Counted from the stretch's first letter, positions 1 to 8,476 are shown. The stretch is DNA of 34,622 nt from an uncultured Candidatus Saccharibacteria bacterium (GCA_964483435.1 CAZAAO010000003.1:1-34622); one strand, 5' to 3'. The notes: generated from the letters alone by a model not told the origin. Translations and numbers: made by a program.

Positions 1-1506
1 CAAAAAGTTTTGAACTATCTCTACAAGCATACTCAGCTCGAAGAGACTTTCCATGTGAACCTCGTCGCTCTTGTCGATGGTGTGCCCCAGACGCTTTCTT
101 TGAAAACTATTATCGAAGAATTTTTGAAGCATCGCCAAATCGTAGTGCGTCGCAGGACAGAGTTTGATCTGCGCGAAGCTCTTGCGAGAGAGCATATCCT
201 CCTTGGTCTCAAAAAAGCTTTGGACCATATCGACGAAATCATACGCATTATCAAGAAGTCAAAGGATGTAGATACCGCTCGATTGAACTTGATGAAGGAG
301 TTCAAATTCTCAGAAATCCAAGCAAATGCAATCCTTGAAATGAGACTGCAGAAGCTCGCTGGTCTAGAACGCAAAAAGATCGAGGACGAGCTCGAAGCGG
401 TACAGAATTTGATCAAAGAGCTTCGCGCTATATTGGAAAATCCAAAGAAGATCTGGACACTTATCAAGAAGGAGCTTTCGGATATTTCTGAAAAATATGG
501 CGACGACCGCCGCACCAAGGTAGTCAAAGGTGGTGTCAAAGTACTCTCGGTTGAAGATCTCATTCCTGAGGAGGAAAACACTCTTACTTTGACACAGGGT
601 GGCTATATCAAACGAACAAACCCAGATGAATACAAAAAGCAAAAGCGCGGTGGCGTGGGTGTAGTCGACCTCGATACCAAAGAAGAAGACTTCGTCACTA
701 ATTTCCTTACAGCAAGTACGCACTCCGACCTACTCTTCTTTACTGATCGCGGCAAGGCGTATCAGATCAAGATGTATGATATCCCAGAAGGCAAGCGCGC
801 TACTCGCGGCAAATCAATCATGAACTTCCTTTCGCTTTCAGAAGGTGAGCGAGTGACTTCGATTTTGCCAATGCCGAAGGATATAAAAAGTCACAAAGAC
901 CTATCTCTTCTTATGGTCACCGAGCAGGGAGTTGGTAAAAAAGTGGCAGCAGCAAGCTTCTTTGACGTAAGAGGAAGCGGTATTATAGCTATCAAGCTTC
1001 AGGCAGGAGACAGACTCGTCTCAGTTTCTCAGGTGGAAAAAGGTGACAGCTGTATAATTGTGACTTCCGAAGGGCAGTCAATAAGATTTAAAGAAGGTGA
1101 TGTCCGCGAAATGGGTCGTACGGCAGGTGGCGTGCGAGTGATGAAGCTCGAAAAAGGCGACCATATCATAGGAGCACATCCAGTATCAAAAGCTTCTGAA
1201 AAAGAAGCAGAGTTACTCGTCGTCGGGGCAAACGGCTACGGTAAAAAGACTCCAATTGATGAGTACAAGATCCAAAACCGCGGCGGCTCAGGTATCAAGA
1301 CCGCGAGCGTCACCGGCAAAACCGGCAAGATCATGTCGTCTGCTGTTGTTACAAGTGCTCAAGAAGAGCTTGTAGCGATGTCTAAAAAGTCTCAAGTGAT
1401 CAGACTTGAAATTCAAGAAGTGCCAACTCTTGGACGCTCGACTCAGGGTGTTCGCATAATGAAGCTCCGTGAAGGCGACTCTCTCGCATCACTCATTTGT
1501 TTTTAG
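1..1506 (+). CDS. gyrA: DNA gyrase subunit A, C-terminal ~500 aa (5' end lies upstream of the window)
   Basis: The frame is open from base 1, so the TTG at 10 in the track is not a real start. The translation has the GyrA segment QANAILEMRLQKLAGLE. It is followed by repeated beta-pinwheel-type blades (GGYIKR, LLFFTDRGKAYQIKMYDIPEG, IIVTSEGQSIRF, LLVVGANGYGKKT, TQGVRIMKL). Confidence 0.95.
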   Translation, partial: QKVLNYLYKHTQLEETFHVNLVALVDGVPQTLSLKTIIEEFLKHRQIVVRRRTEFDLREALAREHILLGLKKALDHIDEIIRIIKKSKDVDTARLNLMKEFKFSEIQANAILEMRLQKLAGLERKKIEDELEAVQNLIKELRAILENPKKIWTLIKKELSDISEKYGDDRRTKVVKGGVKVLSVEDLIPEEENTLTLTQGGYIKRTNPDEYKKQKRGGVGVVDLDTKEEDFVTNFLTASTHSDLLFFTDRGKAYQIKMYDIPEGKRATRGKSIMNFLSLSEGERVTSILPMPKDIKSHKDLSLLMVTEQGVGKKVAAASFFDVRGSGIIAIKLQAGDRLVSVSQVEKGDSCIIVTSEGQSIRFKEGDVREMGRTAGGVRVMKLEKGDHIIGAHPVSKASEKEAELLVVGANGYGKKTPIDEYKIQNRGGSGIKTASVTGKTGKIMSSAVVTSAQEELVAMSKKSQVIRLEIQEVPTLGRSTQGVRIMKLREGDSLASLICF

Positions 1507-1590
1507 GATTTCTATCATTAGAGTAATCCCTCCTAACCTCCCTTTACGATCCTTTATGTCAACAGGTGGGGGTTTTGCTTTCAAAATATT

Positions 1591-1599
1591 TGATACAAT
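1591..1599 (+). promoter_or_regulatory. Extended -10 promoter element (TGATACAAT) for the 1609 operon
   Basis: TGnTAcAAT lies only 9 nt upstream of the ATG at 1609 and there is no SD in between. This would give a leaderless or near-leaderless mRNA. Confidence 0.35.
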
Positions 1600-1608
1600 G
1601 AATACATA

Positions 1609-2889
1609 ATGAGTAAGTTTCAGCTTTTCATCCTCATCATTTTTGGTATTTTCCTTGTCGGGGGTGTGATTGTATTTTCAATATACAGAGGCAATAGCAC
1701 ACCGACCGCAAATGTGACCATATGGGGCAGTATTTCTCAAATAGATTTTGAAAATATTCTTTCCGATAACGAACTTACCCAAAACAAGCAGGTACAAATA
1801 AAGTATCAATATGTTCCAGAAGAAGACTTTGACGCTAAGTTTGTAGAAGCTCTAGCTGCTGGGCAGGGGCCGGACTTATTTGTGCTTTCATCTGACAAGA
1901 TAATGAAGCACAGCAACAAGGCATACGTGGTGCCATTTAGCGCTTACACTGAGCGCACTTTCAAAGACTCGTTCATTGAAGGTTCGGAAATATTTACAAC
2001 TCCGAAGGGCGTGCTTGCACTACCTATAGCTGTAGATCCTCTTGTGATGTATTGGAACAGGAGCATCTTTACCACAGCCAAAGTGACCGTCCCGCCAAAG
2101 TATTGGGATGAGTTTTATAATCTGGCAAGTCAGATTTCGCAAAAGGATGGTGCTCTCAATATCAAACGAAGCGCTGTAGCTCTTGGTGAATATTCAAATA
2201 TCGTTCATGCCAAAGATATCTTTGCTAACCTTGCAATGCAAGCTGGTACACCTATTACCACTTGGGACGGAAATCGGGTAAGGAGTGTGTTTGCTGATGC
2301 TTTCAACAAGCCTGTGATCCCGGGTGAATCATCGCTTATCTATTACACAGAGTTTTCAAATCCAGCCAAAGCATCTTATTCGTGGAATCGATCGTTGCCA
2401 AACTCTTTCAATTATTTTCTCGGTGGCGACTTGGCGATTTATTTTGGGTTTGCAAGCGAAATTAGGCAAATCCAACTCCGCAATCCAAATCTAAACTTCG
2501 ACGTGGCTCTGGTACCGACTCCGCGCGAAGGAGGTGTAAACGTATCGTTTGGAAGATTTTATGGACTTGCAATTACCAAAGCTTCCAAAAACCCAAATGC
2601 TGCATTTTTGGCAGCTATGCTGCTTACAGACCGTACCCGCTCAGCAAAGATCGCCGAAACCTTGGTACTTCCTCCAGTAAGAAGGGACCTACTAGCCGTA
2701 AAACAAGAGAGAGCTTACTCGAGTGTTTTCTTCGACTCCGCTATCCGCTCGCGCGCATGGCTTGATCCAGAGCCTTCACAATCAAATGATGTATTCAAAA
2801 ACATGATAGAGTCGGTGACGAGTGGTAGAGCGCGAGTGGCCGAAGCGCTCTCACGAGCGTCGAGAGAGTTGGACGCTTTAATGCAATGA
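1609..2889 (+). CDS. Membrane-anchored extracellular solute-binding-like protein (family-1 SBP look), orphan
   Basis: N-terminal TM helix (LFILIIFGIFLVGGVIVFSI), then ~400 aa with SBP-like strings (GQGPDLFVLSSDKI, DPLVMYWNRSIF, YWDEF, DLAIYFGFASE). The stop overlaps the next start (ATGA at 2886-2889). No permease or ATPase gene is in the window. Confidence 0.6.
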   Translation: MSKFQLFILIIFGIFLVGGVIVFSIYRGNSTPTANVTIWGSISQIDFENILSDNELTQNKQVQIKYQYVPEEDFDAKFVEALAAGQGPDLFVLSSDKIMKHSNKAYVVPFSAYTERTFKDSFIEGSEIFTTPKGVLALPIAVDPLVMYWNRSIFTTAKVTVPPKYWDEFYNLASQISQKDGALNIKRSAVALGEYSNIVHAKDIFANLAMQAGTPITTWDGNRVRSVFADAFNKPVIPGESSLIYYTEFSNPAKASYSWNRSLPNSFNYFLGGDLAIYFGFASEIRQIQLRNPNLNFDVALVPTPREGGVNVSFGRFYGLAITKASKNPNAAFLAAMLLTDRTRSAKIAETLVLPPVRRDLLAVKQERAYSSVFFDSAIRSRAWLDPEPSQSNDVFKNMIESVTSGRARVAEALSRASRELDALMQ

Positions 2890-3338
2890 ATCAACTAGTA
2901 ACACAGAAAAATTTCATACTTAAAATTGCTATTAGTTTGGCGATGTTCTCTTTGGTTTTCATCACTTTTTTGCCTCAAATGGCCTCGGCTGATATCGTGC
3001 CTTGTGGTAACACCAAAGACTCAAGCGGAAGGATCGTCGATGAGTGCTCGTATTACGATCTTATCGTCCTTGTAAACAATCTTATCGAGACAGCGATAAA
3101 GTTCTCATTCCCTATAGCTGGTATTATGTTTGCTTGGGCTGGTCTGATACTTATTTTGAATCCGGACAACTCATCCAAAAGAGCAGAAGCAAAATCCATA
3201 TTCAAAAACGTGCTCATAGGCTTTGCCATCATACTGTCATCTTGGCTTGTAGTTTCGACAATTGCTAATACACTTATCAACAAAGAGGCGACGACCACAA
3301 ATCAAGGCAAGAGCACCGTCCCTATAGATGAATTTTAA
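2886..3338 (+). CDS. Small secreted two-TM pilin-like protein (TrbC/VirB2-like, T4SS_pilin-type), VPCG variant
   Basis: Signal peptide ending MASA|DIVPCG and a Cys pair (VPCG...DEC). Two hydrophobic helices (FSFPIAGIMFAWAGLILIL and VLIGFAIILSSWLVVSTI) are split by the polar loop NPDNSSKRAEAK. This architecture matches what I recall of the Pfam T4SS_pilin family that is common in CPR genomes. Confidence 0.65.
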   Translation: MNQLVTQKNFILKIAISLAMFSLVFITFLPQMASADIVPCGNTKDSSGRIVDECSYYDLIVLVNNLIETAIKFSFPIAGIMFAWAGLILILNPDNSSKRAEAKSIFKNVLIGFAIILSSWLVVSTIANTLINKEATTTNQGKSTVPIDEF

Positions 3339-3340
3339 AT

Positions 3341-3757
3341 ATGAAAAATAAAACAAAAATATTTGCATCAGTAATCTCAGGTCTTTTTTTGATTGTAAGC
3401 ATCGCACCTCTTTTCGCAGGTGCGGGTGGTACAAATCCAAACGAGGCTGGAGGCACCGCCCAAAATCCGCCTACCACTTATAGGACGGACATTAAAATAT
3501 CAAATCCATTCAAAGGAGTTAACAGTTTAGATGACATCATTGGCAAAATAATGGATATTGTATTTCAGATTGGAGGAGTTATTGCTGTGCTCATGATCAT
3601 GTACGCTGGCTTCACTTATGTGACTTCTGGTGGTGATCCTGGGAAAATCAAAAGTGCTAATAATACTTTGTTTTATACTGTGATTGGAGCCGCGATCCTT
3701 TTGGGTTCTTGGGTGCTCGTAAAGGCGATACAGGGTACAATCAATCAGCTTAAATAA
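3341..3757 (+). CDS. Small secreted two-TM pilin-like protein, paralogue 2
   Basis: Signal peptide (LIVSIAPLFAGA), a Gly/Pro/Asn-rich spacer, then helix-loop-helix IGGVIAVLMIMYAGFTYV-TSGGDPGKIKSA-NNTLFYTVIGAAILLGSWVLV. The start lies 2 nt after the previous stop. Confidence 0.6.
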   Translation: MKNKTKIFASVISGLFLIVSIAPLFAGAGGTNPNEAGGTAQNPPTTYRTDIKISNPFKGVNSLDDIIGKIMDIVFQIGGVIAVLMIMYAGFTYVTSGGDPGKIKSANNTLFYTVIGAAILLGSWVLVKAIQGTINQLK

Positions 3758-4041
3758 TGATGAACAATCTCACCGACATAATAAATTATTTCACCTCTCT
3801 TGCGCTCAAGGTAGTGCCTCTCCTTGCTGTTATAGCGTTTTTGGTGTTCGCAATTGGGGTGGGGCGCTTTATCAAATCTGCTGGAGACGGCAAGGATATA
3901 AAGGATACAAAAAAAATACTGATTTGGGGTGTTATAGGGCTTTTTGTACTCACCTCCATCTGGGGGATAGTTTCTTTCATCAGGGGGGAGCTTGGATTTA
4001 GCACTAATGTGGGTATACCACAAATAAGAATAGGCCAATGA
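3757..4041 (+). CDS. Small two-TM pilin-like protein, paralogue 3 (no cleavable signal obvious)
   Basis: VVPLLAVIAFLVFAIGVGRFI-KSAGDGKDIKDTKK-ILIWGVIGLFVLTSIWGIVSFI. It overlaps the previous stop (TAATG) and the next start (ATGA). Confidence 0.6.
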   Translation: MMNNLTDIINYFTSLALKVVPLLAVIAFLVFAIGVGRFIKSAGDGKDIKDTKKILIWGVIGLFVLTSIWGIVSFIRGELGFSTNVGIPQIRIGQ

Positions 4042-4376
4042 AATCGTATAGACACAACATACTACTTGCTTCAGCACTTATTTTATTCCCCGTACTTGCA
4101 AGTGCGGCCGGGCTTTCAAATTTTATTGATAAAGTGTATTTCATAATTAAAAATACTCTTATACCCCTCGCTTTTGCACTCTGTCTCCTTTATTTCTTTT
4201 GGGGTGTGGCAAAGTACATCAGATCCGCAAGTCCTGGCAACAAAGAAGAGGGTAAACAAGTTATGATATGGGGAATTGTCGGCATATTTGTCGCCTTTTC
4301 AATCTGGGGGATAGTGACACTGATACGATCTGAGCTCGGTATTCCCCCTGTAAATAATGTAGGTGTTCAAAATTAG
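4038..4376 (+). CDS. Small secreted two-TM pilin-like protein, paralogue 4
   Basis: Signal peptide (FPVLASA|AG), then LIPLAFALCLLYFFWGVAKYIRSASPGNKEEGKQVMIWGIVGIFVAFSIWGIV. It is clearly paralogous to 4410-4811 and 4908-5270. Confidence 0.65.
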   Translation: MKSYRHNILLASALILFPVLASAAGLSNFIDKVYFIIKNTLIPLAFALCLLYFFWGVAKYIRSASPGNKEEGKQVMIWGIVGIFVAFSIWGIVTLIRSELGIPPVNNVGVQN

Positions 4377-4409
4377 TAAATTTATAAAATAACAAATCAT
4401 TAGTTTGAT

Positions 4410-4811
4410 ATGAAAAAAAGTTTAATCGCATCGATATTAATAAGTTCTTTTTTCCCGGTGTTTGCTTATGCTCAGCTAACCAAAACCAGCACATTTTTTC
4501 AGCGAGTATTGGAAATAGTAAAAGGAACCCTGATTCCGCTTGTATTTATTCTAGCGTTACTTTTCTTTTTTTGGGGCGTAGCCAAGTATATATGGTCGGC
4601 AAGTCCGGGTAATAAAGAAGAAGCCAAGACTATCATGATCTGGGGGGTGGTGGCTTTGTTTGTAATGTCTTCTGTGTGGGGGCTCGTAAGATTCTTGCAG
4701 ACGGAATTGAATATTGATCAGACTACGAATGGTCAAATACCAACGATAGGTGGATCAAGCTCTGGATCAGGAGGATCAACGGGGGGCGGTACAGTTCCAC
4801 TGGGACCATAA
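4410..4811 (+). CDS. Small secreted two-TM pilin-like protein, paralogue 5, with Gly/Ser-rich tail
   Basis: Signal peptide (FPVFAYA|QL), then LIPLVFILALLFFFWGVAKYIWSASPGNKEEAKTIMIWGVVALFVMSSVWGLV. C-terminal tail GGSSSGSGGSTGGG. Confidence 0.65.
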   Translation: MKKSLIASILISSFFPVFAYAQLTKTSTFFQRVLEIVKGTLIPLVFILALLFFFWGVAKYIWSASPGNKEEAKTIMIWGVVALFVMSSVWGLVRFLQTELNIDQTTNGQIPTIGGSSSGSGGSTGGGTVPLGP

Positions 4812-4907
4812 TTGTGGATTACAGATTGAATAAGTTCATTAAAAATGGTATTGTAATCGGGTAAAGTGTAGGTCGTTTTAAATATTAATTATTAGTTTGA
4901 TAAAACA

Positions 4908-5270
4908 ATGAAAAAAATAGCATTAATTGGTCTTGGAGCATTTGCACTTCCATTAGTGTCAAGTGCACAACAGCTCACTAGGGTCAAATCTTTGATCTCA
5001 TCAGTTGGTGATATCATCGAGATGGTGATTCCTTTTGTGTTTGCATTGGCTCTTCTCGGATTCTTCTGGGGATTGGCAAAGTACCTATTAGGTGGTGCAG
5101 AAGACAAGGAATCAGCAAAAAACATCATGATATGGGGTATCGTAGTTCTCTTCGTGATGGCTGCAGTATGGGGTCTTGTACGCTTCTTGGGTGAATCAAT
5201 TGGCATAACACCTGGCGAAGGTCCAGTGGTCAACCCTCAAAACCTTATTCCTGGAGGTAAATTGCCTTAA
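4908..5270 (+). CDS. Small secreted two-TM pilin-like protein, paralogue 6
   Basis: Signal peptide (LPLVSSA|QQ), then VIPFVFALALLGFFWGLAKYLLGGAEDKESAKNIMIWGIVVLFVMAAVWGLV. The upstream motif TTAGTTTGATA is shared with the 4410 gene. Confidence 0.65.
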   Translation: MKKIALIGLGAFALPLVSSAQQLTRVKSLISSVGDIIEMVIPFVFALALLGFFWGLAKYLLGGAEDKESAKNIMIWGIVVLFVMAAVWGLVRFLGESIGITPGEGPVVNPQNLIPGGKLP

Positions 5271-5317
5271 TATTAGTTTTCAAAACCTAAAACCAAATTT
5301 ATTAATTTGGTTCGGTC

Positions 5318-5353
5318 AAAGCGAAAGTCCACAAGGACTTTCGCTTTGTTTTT
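5318..5353 (+). terminator. Rho-independent terminator after paralogue 6
   Basis: 13-bp stem AAAGCGAAAGTCC / GGACTTTCGCTTT with loop ACAA, followed by GTTTTT. Confidence 0.7.
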
Positions 5354-5367
5354 GGTAAAGATATATA

Positions 5368-5649
5368 ATGTCTTATATGACAATAACTTCTCTTTTGGGC
5401 AAAATTGCAAATCTGATACTAAATCCTCTTATCGTTTTAGGGTTTGCTGTCGCTACCATTTACTTCTTTTATGCTGTAATTCAGCTCATCCAAAACTCGG
5501 ATAGCACCAACCTCTCTAAAGCGAGAAACAATGTGATATACGGCATAATTGGACTCGTTGTGATGTTTAGTGTTTATGGCATTCTCCATTTCACTCTCGA
5601 TACTTTCAATATAAACAATCGTCCAGCCACTATCCAAGGTCCACGCTAA
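5368..5649 (+). CDS. Small two-TM pilin-like protein, paralogue 7 (more divergent, own transcription unit)
   Basis: LNPLIVLGFAVATIYFFYAVIQLI-QNSDSTNLSKARNN-VIYGIIGLVVMFSVYGILHF. The start could instead be the ATG at 5377. Confidence 0.5.
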   Translation: MSYMTITSLLGKIANLILNPLIVLGFAVATIYFFYAVIQLIQNSDSTNLSKARNNVIYGIIGLVVMFSVYGILHFTLDTFNINNRPATIQGPR

Positions 5650-5666
5650 AATAAATATAAAAAAAA

Positions 5667-5684
5667 GAGAGCCCGAAGGCTCTC
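5667..5684. terminator. Bidirectional hairpin terminator between convergent genes
   Basis: GAGAGCC-CGAA-GGCTCTC, with an A-run on the left (a T-run for the minus strand). Confidence 0.6.
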
Positions 5685-5704
5685 TGTGATTTCAAAACGA
5701 TCAA

Positions 5705-6901
5705 TCATCCTGGTGGGACAAGGCGCAGTGTTACCGTCGCTTTCTCTTTGCAAAGGTATTGGAATGTTTCTTTCTTTCCATCCTTTGCGTAATCCCACTC
5801 GTCGACGAAGTCGAGGAACGGGAATGGGCGATCTGTCTTGCCGTTGAATGCCACTTGGCATCCTCGGGCTTCACCCTTACCTTCGGTAAACGTAGCCACC
5901 CAGGAAAAAACGTATCTGCCGTATATTCCTGGTTGGTTGATCACCGGCACAGGGTCGCTCCATTTGTTCGGGTCGAGTGATACGAGAGCGTAGATACGCT
6001 CTCGTGTGGCGAACTGGCTTTTTGGCCGGTAAAGACCTACCTGGCTAACCAGCTTGCCAAATGAACGAGGATCGACTTCCCACGGAGTGGTGCCGAGAGT
6101 CCGGAGAAGATGCTTCCCGTAGCCTCGGTTGCCTTCACGTGTACGGATGTCGTAGCCTAGAGCATTAGCTCTCTCGCTGTGCAGAGACTCCATGATCTGG
6201 AGCTCCCCAATGGCGCTAGAGCCTTCCTTGTTGCGCATCGGGAGACCAGTCTTTGGATCGATGTGCTGGTTGCCGGATTCGATCTTGCCGATTCCGTCGA
6301 GAATCCGATTGAGAGCGTCATCGCTCTCTGGTACATCTCGATAGTCAAACTTCGAATCCGAGACATCCACCGCGACGAAGGTTTTGTCGGTTGTTCGCGA
6401 TTTGCCTAGAACAGCAGCTACCACGGGAGAGTCTTCATATTTCTGCCACGCCATAGTTGCTGCTGTAAGTACAAGAAGAAACACTAATATCGACGTGCCC
6501 ATTGCTGCTACCGGGTGTGGGTCCTTGGTTTTCTTTCCACTCTCATCGCGTGCTCTCAAGGTCTGAAGGAACATGATTCCTCCAATTGCCAGGTTGAGAA
6601 CGTAAACCTGCTTTGAAATGAGCTGCCATAACCACGGTAACATTTCTTTTATTAGGAGGTTTGCTGCTATGAGGACCCCGATGATGATTACCGGGGTGCC
6701 TACGTAACTCCAGGTTTTGCCAAAATCAAACTCCCATCGTTTTTTCTTTTCCAAAACTTTGGCTTGCGTGGAGTTATCTGTGGTGGTGGACGTTAGGGAC
6801 CCAGTAGAGGTACTCTTTTTTGCATATTGCATTAATGCAATACTTAAAATAAGAGCGACTATACCAACTGCAAGTCCCATTTGGAAGTAAACATTAGTCA
6901 T
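5705..6901 (-). CDS. Polytopic membrane protein with C-terminal lytic-transglycosylase-like (SLT-type) region
   Basis: About four predicted TM helices in the N-terminal 165 aa. After that comes GIGKIESGNQH...GSSAIGELQIMES...GNRGYGKHLL, which resembles the family-1 LT pattern ES...S..GA.GLMQ...YL. It overlaps the upstream SPFH gene by 8 nt. Confidence 0.5.
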   Translation of the reverse strand: MTNVYFQMGLAVGIVALILSIALMQYAKKSTSTGSLTSTTTDNSTQAKVLEKKKRWEFDFGKTWSYVGTPVIIIGVLIAANLLIKEMLPWLWQLISKQVYVLNLAIGGIMFLQTLRARDESGKKTKDPHPVAAMGTSILVFLLVLTAATMAWQKYEDSPVVAAVLGKSRTTDKTFVAVDVSDSKFDYRDVPESDDALNRILDGIGKIESGNQHIDPKTGLPMRNKEGSSAIGELQIMESLHSERANALGYDIRTREGNRGYGKHLLRTLGTTPWEVDPRSFGKLVSQVGLYRPKSQFATRERIYALVSLDPNKWSDPVPVINQPGIYGRYVFSWVATFTEGKGEARGCQVAFNGKTDRPFPFLDFVDEWDYAKDGKKETFQYLCKEKATVTLRLVPPG

Positions 6902-7895
6902 TTTTTTTACCTCCGAGGTTTATGTCGATGGCTCCCTCTTGGACTAAATGGGTAATTGACTTTGGAAGAGCCCCGATCGCCGCGATTTTGGCTGCTGCAG
7001 GGTTGCTTGCCACATGAAGAGTTGTTTTGTCGATATAAATCTTCTCTCCTTCTGCCTCCAGAATGCGAGCTTTTTTATCTCCTTTAGATCTTGTTACTTT
7101 TGCTTTGGTCTCACGTTCTGCGAGGGCTATATCAGCATCACCTTTGCGTTTAGCATCGGCAACAAGCTGTAAGCGCGCCATTATCTCAGGTGCAGCATCA
7201 ATACTTCTTAGGTTAGCTGCAACAATACGCATCCCCACGGTGTCCTCGAATCCAGGGTTTGAGTCCGTGTTGTCGGTAGTGCTTAACTTGATGATACACT
7301 CAACAAAGCCGTTGATGTCACCAGATACCTCAGTAGGTTTGGCTCTAAATTCTTCGTATGACAGCTTGCTAACAAAGTCTCGCACCTTTGCTTCTACTCC
7401 CGCTTTTACTACATTCAGCCAGTTGCGAGCTTTAAACAGTGCTTTTTCAGGGTAGAAGACCTCAGTCATTACCTGGATTACCACTGTAACTTCGTAGTTG
7501 TCTGCTGTGTCCATTTTTTTGAATACTAGAGGGTACTCGAAGCGAAAGATTATAGAGTTTACAACCTCCCTCCGCGAGACGATTTGATCTTGGACGATTG
7601 TCTCCCATTCGAACTTGTATTCGTGGATCTGGAAAACAGGCCATAAACCTACCCAGTACACGCCGGTACCCAGGATAGATCTGTCCTCCTCTGTTTCTCC
7701 AGGTGCCAAAGGAACTAGTTGGCGGCCAACTTTCTTATAACCTGATACGGAGTGGATGAAATCGTAATATTTTCCACTCTTTGTGATCACTTTGATCTGC
7801 CCTTCGGGGCAAGTACTGAAAAGAATGTCTGACAGCGCGAGTCGAAACAGCGCGAGTGCCAGAAAAACTACCAAAAGCAAAATTGTTGTTATCAT
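6894..7895 (-). CDS. SPFH/band-7 (stomatin/prohibitin-like) domain protein, N-terminally anchored
   Basis: N-terminal TM helix. The SPFH-like core is VVIQVMTEVFYPEKALF...VEAKVRDFVS...GMRIVAANLRSID, followed by the typical Ala/Lys/Glu-rich helix (ADAKRKGDADIALAERETKAKV...ARILEAEGE). Confidence 0.8.
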   Translation of the reverse strand: MITTILLLVVFLALALFRLALSDILFSTCPEGQIKVITKSGKYYDFIHSVSGYKKVGRQLVPLAPGETEEDRSILGTGVYWVGLWPVFQIHEYKFEWETIVQDQIVSRREVVNSIIFRFEYPLVFKKMDTADNYEVTVVIQVMTEVFYPEKALFKARNWLNVVKAGVEAKVRDFVSKLSYEEFRAKPTEVSGDINGFVECIIKLSTTDNTDSNPGFEDTVGMRIVAANLRSIDAAPEIMARLQLVADAKRKGDADIALAERETKAKVTRSKGDKKARILEAEGEKIYIDKTTLHVASNPAAAKIAAIGALPKSITHLVQEGAIDINLGGKKND

Positions 7896-7912
7896 AGATC
7901 AACTCTGCGCAT

Positions 7913-7952
7913 ATTATATCACATTTGATTTTAAAAATCAATATGATATAAT
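7913..7952. promoter_or_regulatory. Back-to-back divergent sigma70-like promoters (SPFH operon on the minus strand, RNase P RNA on the plus strand)
   Basis: Plus strand: TTGATT (7925-7930), 16 nt, TATAAT (7947-7952). Minus strand: TTGATT (complement of 7936-7941), 17 nt, TATAAT (complement of 7913-7918). The whole segment is an imperfect palindrome. Confidence 0.6.
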
Positions 7953-7954
7953 AT

Positions 7955-8447
7955 GGATAGATTTTCATTCAGTGTAGCTACTGTCATTTTGTCCGCTAAA
8001 GGAAGCTGCTCCCAACTTCGTCGAGCAAAGCTCGACTTCGCTGGGTGCTCATTTTTGCAGCCGCTTTTAGCGGGCAAAAATGGCAGAGGAAAGTCCGAAC
8101 ATCTGCCGGTAATTTACCGGTAAAATAGTGATGGATAACGTCCACCGTTTTGCAGGCGACTGCAGGATAGGGAAAGTGCCACAGAGACAATACAAGCTCG
8201 AGATTATATCAAAGGTTAAAGGTGAAAAGTCTTTGGGTGTCAGCAATGGCTTCCAAAGTCGACGTACAGAGATGTACGTTCGTGGCAAACCCCACTTGAT
8301 GCAAGGCCGTGTCCCGAGAGAAATCGAGGGAAGTGCCGCTATTATCCGACCATTTATGGTTTAGGGTTTGAGTCTTGGAGTAATTCAAGACCTAGATAAA
8401 TTGCTACATAGAAACAAAATTCGGCTTACTCGAGTGAAAATCTACCC
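7955..8447 (+). ncRNA. rnpB: RNase P RNA, bacterial type A, unusually long (~490 nt)
   Basis: Conserved blocks are present: GAGGAAAGTCCGAAC (8092-), AAGTGCCACAGAGACAAT, GGTTAAAGGTGAAAAG, GCAAACCCCACTTGATGCAAGGCC and CCTAGATAAATTGCTACATAGAAACAAAATTCGGCTTA (P4 partner). A 16-bp P1 pairs GGATAGATTTTCATTC (7955-7970) with GAGTGAAAATCTACCC (8432-8447). A long P3-like hairpin spans 7991-8075. Confidence 0.9.
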
Positions 8448-8476
8448 GCACATAGGCAACTATGTCCGAGGTTTAA

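Noticed and set aside
1609-2889. Calling the SBP-like gene part of an ABC importer
   Set aside because: No permease or ATPase genes are adjacent. Instead it is translationally coupled to pilin-like genes, so the transporter role is not supported by context.
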